Assembly (NCBI GenBank): GCA_048941015.1
Contig: JBHLNZ010000039.1
Coordinates: forward strand, 1 to 29,194
Reading direction: 5' to 3'
Origin: Promethearchaeota archaeon
Lineage (GTDB): Archaea; Asgardarchaeota; Lokiarchaeia; Sigyniarchaeales; SOKP01
Length of the DNA: 29,194 nt
The position numbers and the translations under genes are program-made. Under the pieces are notes generated by a model. It was given only the letters and a program-made list of their open reading frames with translations. It was not told where the DNA came from and made no database searches. Positions 16,945-25,395 of the stretch are shown here, one piece after another. Numbering within the stretch: the first letter of the stretch is position 1; every line of letters starts with the position of its first letter.

Positions 16945-17949
16945 CTAATAGAATTGGTTTCCGCTTACATATGTATTAGTAGCAAGAGTAATGCCAAAGG
17001 GACTCTCATTGAATAAACAAGTATTCCCAACAACAGTGTTATTAGTACCTCCTCCAAGCCAGATCCCCAAACCTACTATAATTGTAGGAACTACAACATT
17101 ATAACAGCCATTAGCTTCAATAGTATTATAATCCCCATCCACATAGATTCCTGCATATATTCCGTATTGTATATAATTTCCTAAAATTATATTATAATCT
17201 GTCTCTACGCAAATTCCCCATTGATCAAAGTCATATATATGGTTATTACTTATACTATTATAATTGCTATTGGATTCGGTAAAAATTCCAGCAAATCCTG
17301 TGTTATTTATGAAATTTCCATCCACGAAATTATTTGCTCCCGTTAAGTAAATTCCTCGTGAAGAAAAATCATCGATCACGTTATCATAAATATGTGCTTT
17401 ATTTCCACCAGCTTGCCAAATAGCATAATCAACCAAATGAAAGTAGCATTCACTTATCCAAACGTTATCTGAAAGGATATATATTCCCCGCCCTGTTGTA
17501 TTTGAGTCGCCTATTATGTGCACATTCCTAATATAAATGGCATTATTATTCGTTTCATTTATCCGAATTATGTTAAGATTCAATAAAGTCACTTCAGTTG
17601 TATCTATTTTTATATTCTGGATAGTCAATGATCTGGCATTAGTAATGTCAAAAGCTTTTTGATTTATTGCACATTTCATGAACGTGCCTGCTCCTTGAAT
17701 AATGTAATTACCTCCACCCTTAATTTCAATTGTGCCAGATAGGGTTATATTTTTTGTTATTTTAATTATTCCATATCCTGTACCAATTGCACTTAAAGCA
17801 CTATTGATTTCTGCTTCTGATTTAACAGGATATTCTATTCCTTGTGGTTCATCTACTAATTGAAAATTCAGAATTGAAAATACTCCCAATCCCAATCCGG
17901 ACGCTCCAACAATTAATGCGATGATTCCTAATACTGTACTTTTTGCCAT
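16945..17949 (-). CDS. Membrane-anchored right-handed parallel beta-helix (pectin-lyase-like/NosD-type) protein with GLGLG anchor
   Basis: MAKSTVLGIIALIVGASGLGLGVF followed by repeated GI(Y/F/W/C).....N.I..N.I beta-helix rungs; many N-X-S/T sequons. Confidence 0.88.
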   Translation of the reverse strand: MAKSTVLGIIALIVGASGLGLGVFSILNFQLVDEPQGIEYPVKSEAEINSALSAIGTGYGIIKITKNITLSGTIEIKGGGNYIIQGAGTFMKCAINQKAFDITNARSLTIQNIKIDTTEVTLLNLNIIRINETNNNAIYIRNVHIIGDSNTTGRGIYILSDNVWISECYFHLVDYAIWQAGGNKAHIYDNVIDDFSSRGIYLTGANNFVDGNFINNTGFAGIFTESNSNYNSISNNHIYDFDQWGICVETDYNIILGNYIQYGIYAGIYVDGDYNTIEANGCYNVVVPTIIVGLGIWLGGGTNNTVVGNTCLFNESPFGITLATNTYVSGNQFY

Positions 17950-18113
17950 AATTTAACATCTCTCTTTGTAAATTGAAATAATTATAAAAGAATTGTAATT
18001 AAACCTTTTTGCATTTAATTAGGATTAAAATTTTTGTTAAAAAAAAAGTGGTGCTTGAAGTGGGAAATGAAATTAAAGATTTATATTACACTTCAAATAA
18101 AACCTAATTAATT

Positions 18114-18242
18114 ATGAAGATTTTCCTTATTATATTTGACAGTTTGAGAAAAGACCATACCAGTAAAACTTTGAAAAAAATAGCTAATTTTAAAATCGAT
18201 AAGGAAAAAAATGGTTATAATTTTTATTTGAAACTAAAATAA
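18114..18242 (+). pseudogene. N-terminal remnant of a sulfatase/alkaline-phosphatase-superfamily gene
   Basis: Translates to MKIFLIIFDSLRKDHTSKTL...; the 'hhhhhDSLR.DH' pattern is the first metal-binding strand of sulfatase-like proteins. It then degenerates and stops after 42 aa. Confidence 0.6.
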
Positions 18243-18243
18243 A

Positions 18244-18822
18244 TTATTTAATAAGGTATATACTGAACCCTATCATCCAAAACATAAGAAGGTATATGAG
18301 GATTCTTTCAATAGTCCCCTTTGCTAACCCTAAGAATAAAATAGTTGATTCTGTTGGTAATCCTAAATAAGGAAAGAATAACACCATCAAAACAAGAGTG
18401 ATAGAACCTAATGCGACTGATATGTAAGAGAATGGAGGTTTTGAGACTTTATAAGAGAGTATAGCCGTGGCTACTGCAAATATAAAGGTAAACGCGGTGA
18501 CATAACCATGTATTGGTCTTATATTTTCAGGAAATAACCCTACACTTATTACAAATGCTCCAGTAATCAGTAAGAGAATATTAAATAACTTGGAATTCTG
18601 AGACTTATAAAGAATAACTGATGAAAATACAAGGCTCGAACCGAATAATATAATGGAAATATTATAAATAATTGATGTTGTGCCAACCCCTAAAGAACTA
18701 ACATAATTTAAAGAACTATTATAACCAGGCTGAAAACTTTCCAATAGAATTAACATCATTAGCCATTGAACACTACCAACAAAAATAATTATTCCGGCAT
18801 TTAATTTTGTAAAAACTTTAAT
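18244..18822 (-). CDS. DUF998-family membrane protein; probably starts at a non-canonical ATT upstream of the tracked ATG (18759)
   Basis: PGY....NYVS.LG, FN..., VGLFPE....IH, G..ER motifs. The frame stays open upstream with IKVFTKLNAGIIIFVGSVQWL (first TM), and a GGTGA RBS sits 7 nt before the ATT at 18822. Confidence 0.8.
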   Translation of the reverse strand: MKVFTKLNAGIIIFVGSVQWLMMLILLESFQPGYNSSLNYVSSLGVGTTSIIYNISIILFGSSLVFSSVILYKSQNSKLFNILLLITGAFVISVGLFPENIRPIHGYVTAFTFIFAVATAILSYKVSKPPFSYISVALGSITLVLMVLFFPYLGLPTESTILFLGLAKGTIERILIYLLMFWMIGFSIYLIK

Positions 18823-19056
18823 AACGAGATCACCTTTTTTTCTGAAATCCTTAATATTTTTTTTATATTGAGCAAAAAATAAAAAAACAATATAAGTTCG
18901 TAGTAGTCCAATCTTTTATGAATTAAGGATATGATTTTCAAAAAAGAGAGGGATTATAAAGAAAGAATATTATAGAATTAGTAGATTTAACATAAAAACC
19001 CTGAAAGTAGATTTTTAATTATTAGTTATATTCCAAGTACGTAGTTTTTTGGAAGC

Positions 19057-20541
19057 ATGAGTATGCAGAATTCTAAAAGAAAAGTCCAATTAACATTCCT
19101 TGGTGGGGTTGATGAGGTAGGGGGTAATATCGTATTACTCGAAGACTTAGAATATAATGTTAAAATTTTCTTGGATTTTGGTGTTAATATTAAAAAATTC
19201 AAAAAGCAATATGAATTAAATGAACATCCAAATTCTATCGAAGAAATGATAAATTTGGGGCTACTTCCAAACGAAAAGTTTATTCCAATAAAAAATCTGT
19301 ACACTAAACAGGTTGGCATCTATAGGAAGAAAATATCGGATCAGGAATCACCTTCGAACTTGGATGCTGTTTTGATTTCACATCCCCATAAGGACCATTT
19401 TTTAGGATTATCCTTTATAAATCGAACAATCCCTATTTACACAGGTGTTGTTACCAAAAAAATTATTAAAGCCTTTTATAGATCTGCTAGACGCACGATA
19501 GACAACAATTTTAAAGGTTTAAATTGGCATACATTTCGGACGAGGGATGTTTTAAACATTAAAGGATTACGAATAGTACCTTTTCATGTAGATCATTCGA
19601 TTCCTGCTGCATATGGATTTATTATATATAGTTCGGCAGGTCCGATAGTGTATACAGGTGATTTGCGAATGCACGGACCATTATCACATATGACAGAAGA
19701 ATTCCTTGAAGAAATCGGCTCAAACAATTTAATTAAGTCTGAGGGAAATTTAACTCAAGAGCAAATAGACCTAATTTCAAAGGGAGTGAAGATTCTTATA
19801 TGTGAAGGAACAAAAATTAATAAGGGTGTTGTTGAATCGGAAGAAGCAGTAAAAGCCAATCTTTCACGTTTATTCAAAAAAAATCCGTTTGATTATATTC
19901 TAGTTAAGTATGACCGTATTGATTGGGATCGATTTAGAACTTTCTCCCATATCGCTAAAGAGCATGGTTGGAAATATATTATTTCGGAAAGGGATGCGTA
20001 TTTTTACTATCTTTTAAATAAAGGCGCAATTTATGAAACAATGAAGGATCCGAATATTATTGAAGATGAAAATATCTATATTTTAAAAAGTGGGCTCATA
20101 AAATTTACGTGGCAAGAGAAAATTCGAAATGCAATATACACGCAAAATCAAAGTGAGCGATTCCTGGAACATCATCAAATAAAAGAATTAGATAAAAATT
20201 ATTTCATCTTTATCACACACCTTTATGATAGTTTGATGAATAATCTAAATCTTAACCTAAAGGGGTTGTTTATTTCGTCTAGTATAGACCCATATGTAGA
20301 AGAATTTTATGATAATACTAATAAAATTTGTAATAGATTGTTAGAAATCGGGATACCAGCATATCGGATTCATGCATCAGGGCATGCAACTTCTCATGAT
20401 TTAATTAATTTCATAAACCAGGTTAAGCCAGAGATTCTTATTCCTATCCATACTGACCATAGCAACTTTTTTAGCACATTCTTTCAAAATTCAGCAATAA
20501 AAGTAATTATTCCTGAATTACATGAAATAATTGAATTATAA
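19057..20541 (+). CDS. Metallo-beta-lactamase / beta-CASP ribonuclease (RNase J-like)
   Basis: GGVDEVGGN, FLDFG, SHPHKDH, VDHSIPAAYG, YTGDLRMHG, CEGT, HASGH, IPIHT. Confidence 0.92.
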   Translation: MSMQNSKRKVQLTFLGGVDEVGGNIVLLEDLEYNVKIFLDFGVNIKKFKKQYELNEHPNSIEEMINLGLLPNEKFIPIKNLYTKQVGIYRKKISDQESPSNLDAVLISHPHKDHFLGLSFINRTIPIYTGVVTKKIIKAFYRSARRTIDNNFKGLNWHTFRTRDVLNIKGLRIVPFHVDHSIPAAYGFIIYSSAGPIVYTGDLRMHGPLSHMTEEFLEEIGSNNLIKSEGNLTQEQIDLISKGVKILICEGTKINKGVVESEEAVKANLSRLFKKNPFDYILVKYDRIDWDRFRTFSHIAKEHGWKYIISERDAYFYYLLNKGAIYETMKDPNIIEDENIYILKSGLIKFTWQEKIRNAIYTQNQSERFLEHHQIKELDKNYFIFITHLYDSLMNNLNLNLKGLFISSSIDPYVEEFYDNTNKICNRLLEIGIPAYRIHASGHATSHDLINFINQVKPEILIPIHTDHSNFFSTFFQNSAIKVIIPELHEIIEL

Positions 20542-20755
20542 TGTTTAATCACAGCAGCTCTACTAACGATTAGAAAAATTTTATCGGAAATTGATTATAG
20601 CAAGCCGATATCATCTGAAGTTTTAAATTCACTTCTAATTAAAATGGATCACTTTATTACGGCATTACCTAAAATAAAAATATCTTGAAATTAGAGTAAA
20701 ATTTGATTATTATTTTAAGATATAAATGTAAAAAAAAGAAGATATTATGATTAAT

Positions 20756-21460
20756 TTATTGTTTTACTCCTAAGTAGAATAGCACAGCGCTAATTGCCAT
20801 TGCGGCTCTAATAAATATCAATGTAATACCTGGCGAAAACAAACCATCTAATATACCCCCGATAATATACATAAAAGCACCTATAGATAAGAATAAAAAT
20901 TTTCTTCTTATTTCACCAGTTGATTGAATACTTTTTACTAAAAAACCTATACCGTCAAGTAATAGCATTGATAGCAAAAAACCTAATGTTAAAATAGAAG
21001 GGACTAACCCTTCTATACTGTCGTTAATTAAATCTTCGCCTGGAACGGTAGGATAATCGTAGATAATAGATCCTGCAGGATCTAAGATTATAAATAACTC
21101 AAAAATTACTCCTAAGATAAGATAAATAGAAAAAATATACCATTTTTTCGTAGGCATGATAAGTTCAGCACCAAAATACATGGCAAAGAGAGTTACGCCC
21201 GGAAACCATATCCAATTTATAAAACCTATTATACCAGAGGAGTTATCAATATTAGTTTGAGTTATAAGAATAGTTAAGAAGTCTAGAAAATCTCCAGTAT
21301 AAATAAGACCCGCGAAAATATATACGAGTCCTAAATATAATAAAAGTTTCAAATGTGTCTTTCTCGCTTTATATACAGCGAATAGACCGAAAAATATTGA
21401 GAAAATAAAAACGCCTGAAGCGGTTACTCCATTTAACCAACCTATAAAAGATAGTGTCAT
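20756..21460 (-). CDS. Hypothetical ~7-TM membrane protein of a Lokiarchaeia-expanded family
   Basis: About seven hydrophobic segments; WLNG.TAS, KS.QSTG.IR.KF..LS.G and D.L...G motifs recalled from this Loki family; GGTGA RBS. Confidence 0.85.
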   Translation of the reverse strand: MTLSFIGWLNGVTASGVFIFSIFFGLFAVYKARKTHLKLLLYLGLVYIFAGLIYTGDFLDFLTILITQTNIDNSSGIIGFINWIWFPGVTLFAMYFGAELIMPTKKWYIFSIYLILGVIFELFIILDPAGSIIYDYPTVPGEDLINDSIEGLVPSILTLGFLLSMLLLDGIGFLVKSIQSTGEIRRKFLFLSIGAFMYIIGGILDGLFSPGITLIFIRAAMAISAVLFYLGVKQ

Positions 21461-21779
21461 AAAAATTCACCTTTTCATTTTTTTTTGTTTTATAAAAAAT
21501 AATTATGAAAAATTTAAGATTTATTTCAATTAAATAAAGTAGAACCCTTAGGTAATATACTTTTCCACACGAGATTTTAAAAAACTTGGTTTTAACCAAG
21601 AATGAGTTGGGGTTAGATTTCTGTTAGTATAAAAGGCATCTTAATATTAAAGCTCGAGAAGATTCAAATAAAGCAATTTGATTATTATTTTAAGACATAA
21701 AAGTAAATACTTAAATAAAAGCAAAACTCAATTACTTATTGAACTTTACATTAGAGCAATAAAAAATAGATGATGAAAT

Positions 21780-22181
21780 ATGCCTGATTATTTAGAAAAC
21801 TTGATAAGAGGTCTTCCGGGAGAAGCTTTAATAATTGTAGCTTTTAGTGAGGCGTTTATTAAACAAAACCTTGCGAATATTTCACCTGAATTTTTACCTA
21901 TATATGGGATTGTTGTTTTAATCGCAGTATTTATAACCACTTTTATTTTGAAATATTTTGTAACGGGGATTGCGAAGTTTAATGGCTTTAAAAGTAATAA
22001 TGGGACAACCGTGAGCCTAATATTTACCTTAATAGTTTCATTTCAAGCTGTTTGCTATAGTTTAGTGGTTGTGGGAGTTTATATTATTACAAATACAGAG
22101 ATTCTACTACTCACCACCTTTCTAAGCATAATTATTGGATTAGTATTGAGTGCTATTGCTACAATTTTTCCAAAATCATAA
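21780..22181 (+). CDS. Hypothetical 3-4 TM membrane protein
   Basis: 133-aa hydrophobic ORF with N-terminal YLE.LI..LP.E motif. Confidence 0.8.
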   Translation: MPDYLENLIRGLPGEALIIVAFSEAFIKQNLANISPEFLPIYGIVVLIAVFITTFILKYFVTGIAKFNGFKSNNGTTVSLIFTLIVSFQAVCYSLVVVGVYIITNTEILLLTTFLSIIIGLVLSAIATIFPKS

Positions 22182-22235
22182 TTTTATTTAAAATTCTTAA
22201 TTTTATTTTTAATTTATTTAGTAGCTTAAAGCTTC

Positions 22236-22249
22236 TACATTCGAATGTA
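22236..22249. promoter_or_regulatory. Perfect 14-bp palindrome TACATTCGAATGTA
   Basis: Self-complementary; intergenic, about 90 nt upstream of the small ORF at 22339. Confidence 0.3.
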
Positions 22250-22338
22250 TAAACATTTCTAATTCAATTATTCCTTTTTTTGACAAAATGTTTAAATCTT
22301 TACGTTTCTTAAAAGATATTTAGAATTCCGTGGTTAAA

Positions 22339-22491
22339 TTGGCTAGCATCGAGTTTATTAATGACGAATTGGACTTTTTATACGAGTTATTTTTGGATGA
22401 ACCCGATGTAAAAATTCGGGACGACATATTGAATGACATCCATAATTTAGAACACCATTATTTATTATTAGAACTGCCTTCTTCATTATAG
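22339..22491 (+). CDS. Small acidic helical protein (50 aa), below the ORF-track cutoff
   Basis: TTG start (in-frame GTG at 22330) gives MASIEFINDELDFLYELFLDEPDVKIRDDILNDIHNLEHHYLLLELPSSL. Amphipathic helix-turn-helix pattern, higher GC than the flanks, followed by a T tract. Confidence 0.6.
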   Translation: MASIEFINDELDFLYELFLDEPDVKIRDDILNDIHNLEHHYLLLELPSSL

Positions 22492-22649
22492 AAGAAAAGA
22501 AATTCTCTTTTTTTAGTCTAGCCAAGTTAATGTAGAATATTTAGAGATAATAAATTAAAATTTGTTCATAAAGTGATTAAAAATTTCATAAATTTATTAT
22601 ATTAATCCTGCTAGTAATAGTTCATTAAATTAAAGATGAAAAATTTTCT

Positions 22650-23462
22650 ATGCGTTCACCAGAAACAAATAAACCACGAAAGAAACTGATTATTTCAATT
22701 TTTTTTGTAATCATCTCTTATTCTATAACGTGGTCTATCCTTTTTCCTCTAAGTATGATTTATACTGAGTTAAGTATTATTGAACGAGAAGTTTGGCATT
22801 CATTTGGTTCAATTGGACCTTGTATAGGGGGTATTATTGCGATTTATCTTTTAAAAAAAGGTGAAGGATTAAAAATTTTAAAGAAGAGAATTGTAAAGTT
22901 CGCGGGATGGAGACTTTGCTTGTTTGCATTTAGTCCCTTGATTATTTTATTATTAAGTTTATTGTTTGAATCTATATTAGGGTTTTTTAATTTATCTAAA
23001 TTCCTCGCAGAGAATCAAATTACTAACATTGGCTCTATTTTTATATTCATTTTACCAAGTTTATGTTATGGCTTTTTTGAAGAGATTGGCTGGCGAGGAT
23101 TTTTTTTACCCAAATTACAAGGTAGATATAATGCATTAAGTTCAACTTTAATTTTAACAATCATCTGGTGGTTTTGGCACTTTCCAGCTTTCTTTTATCG
23201 TTTTGATTTATTATTTGCTTTAATATTCATGTTCCCTTTAATGTTAGCTGGGTCGATTACTTTTACATTTCTCTTTAATCAATCTAATGGGAGTGTATTA
23301 ATGTTAATTATTATCCATATTAGCTATGATATTGTATCGGCTCACCAAATTTCAATAATAGCGACTATTCTAGTAAGTATTTTCTATATTTCTGTGACTA
23401 TTAGAGTTATTAAATTATATGGTATAAAAAATCTTTCAATGAAAGAGAAAATTACTCTATAA
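22650..23462 (+). CDS. CPBP family intramembrane glutamic endopeptidase (type II CAAX protease/Abi)
   Basis: EEIGWRGF, W..WH.P and H..YD motifs; about 8 TM. Confidence 0.93.
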   Translation: MRSPETNKPRKKLIISIFFVIISYSITWSILFPLSMIYTELSIIEREVWHSFGSIGPCIGGIIAIYLLKKGEGLKILKKRIVKFAGWRLCLFAFSPLIILLLSLLFESILGFFNLSKFLAENQITNIGSIFIFILPSLCYGFFEEIGWRGFFLPKLQGRYNALSSTLILTIIWWFWHFPAFFYRFDLLFALIFMFPLMLAGSITFTFLFNQSNGSVLMLIIIHISYDIVSAHQISIIATILVSIFYISVTIRVIKLYGIKNLSMKEKITL

Positions 23463-23522
23463 TTAGCCTAAAGGTGAATTATTGAAAATATGAATGGTAT
23501 CAGAAATTTATCCCAAAATTTT

Positions 23523-25262
23523 TTACTTATTCATCTGAAAGGCATCCTTTAAGGAGTGTACAAAATCCCATACTTTCTTAAATCTCTGTTCATCAACATT
23601 TGGCTTTTTTATCATTTTTAAGCACCATTCCATTTGTTCAGGGGTGGTGCTTGATTTATGATAAAGATTTAATGCATATTTGGAAAAATCTCTTACGAGA
23701 AAGTCAAATATCTGATCTAATGTATACTCATCAATGTCATAGATAGGTGCATTTTCAATAATTAAATGAGCATAGACAATTAAAGCAAAGATTTCTCCTA
23801 TTCCAGAAAGCATAAAATCCATATCTTTTTGTTGTTGAGCATCTGGGGTTGCTTGTGTTCCAAGAAGGTTAAACATTTTGATTTGTTCCAAGAAAATTTT
23901 AACATTGGGTAAATCATATTTTTCAAATGCGGGTTTCCAATCATGGAGGCGGACACGGCCTAAACCTCGAGTTGGACCTTGATCAAAAAGAAAATCATCG
24001 TTTTTTGCTTGATCCTGTTTAGGAACATCTTCGTATTTTTTATGATTCATAAAGAAGTTTAGCATAAATTTCAAAATTAAAGCGATATTAACATGAACGG
24101 TGCCTTCAAGTTTGGGTAGAGCACGAATATCTCTTGCAGCACTTTCGAAGTACATATCCTTTTCAAATCCTTTTGCTGCAATAACATCCCATAAGAGATT
24201 GATTACTTCTTCGCCTTGAGTTGTTGTTTTCATTTTCATTACAGGAGCATAGAGTAGATAACGTCGATCTTTATCAGATGCAATTCTCATATAATCAGCT
24301 GTTCGTAATCCAAATAATTTCATAGCGACTAATCGTGTATACGCATCGACAAAATTTTGCTTTACATGTTGGAAATCCGTCACATACATATTATACAGTC
24401 TACGATGAGCTGCATGATGAATGGCCTCATAAAATGCGTGTGTACAAATACCAATTGAAGCCCATCCCAAATTATATTTACCAATATTAACGGTGTTAAG
24501 TGAAGCATTCCAAGCTTCCTCTCCTTTAGAAAGAATATCTTCTTCAGTTATAGGATAATCGTGAAGTGCAAAATTTGCCACGTAATTTTGACTATCGCAG
24601 ATATTTTTTATCAATTCATAATTTTTGTGTTTATAGTTAGCAACAAAAAAAACATATTGATCTTTATTTTTCATATCATATGGAGGGATGTTCCCTTCCT
24701 TATCAGCAAATTTACCAAAATTTGAAACCATCTCAGCCTCGTTTCCGTTTCCAATATAATACTTCTCTCCATTAGCTCTATAAGTTCCGTCTTCTTGTGG
24801 TGTAAGGGCCATCTCTGTTCCATAAATATCAGCACCATGAGCCTGTTCTGAAAGTCCAAAAGCAAAAATTGCTCCGTCTCTAAGTAATTTGGCAGCTTTC
24901 TTCTTTGGTAATTCATTTTTACTCATCCAAATGGGACCAAGTCCTAATATAGTGACTTGCCACGTGTACCAATAAGAAAGACCATAAAATGCGAGAATTT
25001 CGTTAAATTCACATATACGCCAAGTATCCCATCGATAGTTTTCGTTATCTCCATATAGAGCGGGTGTTAAAAGCTGTGCAAAAATTTTATTACTTTTTTG
25101 AAACTCAAGAAAATCTGAATACCAAACTCTTTTATGATCATCTTCTTTTAACTTTGCTTTTCCTTTATTTTCAAAAAATTTAATAGTTTGAAGCATTATT
25201 TCTTTTGAACGATCATCAGGATAATAGCGAACATGTTTTTTAGGATTTAATAAAATTGTCAT
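23523..25262 (-). CDS. Acyl-CoA dehydrogenase family protein
   Basis: AFGLSEQAHGAD, ANGEKYYIGN, R.LY...VTDFQHVK, AAKGFEKD.YFE.AARDIRALPKLEGT. Confidence 0.93.
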   Translation of the reverse strand: MTILLNPKKHVRYYPDDRSKEIMLQTIKFFENKGKAKLKEDDHKRVWYSDFLEFQKSNKIFAQLLTPALYGDNENYRWDTWRICEFNEILAFYGLSYWYTWQVTILGLGPIWMSKNELPKKKAAKLLRDGAIFAFGLSEQAHGADIYGTEMALTPQEDGTYRANGEKYYIGNGNEAEMVSNFGKFADKEGNIPPYDMKNKDQYVFFVANYKHKNYELIKNICDSQNYVANFALHDYPITEEDILSKGEEAWNASLNTVNIGKYNLGWASIGICTHAFYEAIHHAAHRRLYNMYVTDFQHVKQNFVDAYTRLVAMKLFGLRTADYMRIASDKDRRYLLYAPVMKMKTTTQGEEVINLLWDVIAAKGFEKDMYFESAARDIRALPKLEGTVHVNIALILKFMLNFFMNHKKYEDVPKQDQAKNDDFLFDQGPTRGLGRVRLHDWKPAFEKYDLPNVKIFLEQIKMFNLLGTQATPDAQQQKDMDFMLSGIGEIFALIVYAHLIIENAPIYDIDEYTLDQIFDFLVRDFSKYALNLYHKSSTTPEQMEWCLKMIKKPNVDEQRFKKVWDFVHSLKDAFQMNK

Positions 25263-25395
25263 AAAATCGTTTTTAAAATTGTATTTTTCAATAAATATTA
25301 GGAATTCTGAAAGGATAATAAAAATTTTGGAATTTCTAATAAAATATTAGCTCTTTAAGTGCTTTAATAAACCTCTTGTTTTAATAAAAACTATA

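Noticed and set aside
2177-23462. A eukaryote-like CAAX-processing pathway (CPBP/Rce1 + ICMT + small GTPase)
   Set aside because: The genes are spread over 20 kb, both enzyme families are widespread in prokaryotes, the GTPase has no C-terminal Cys motif and there is no prenyltransferase here.
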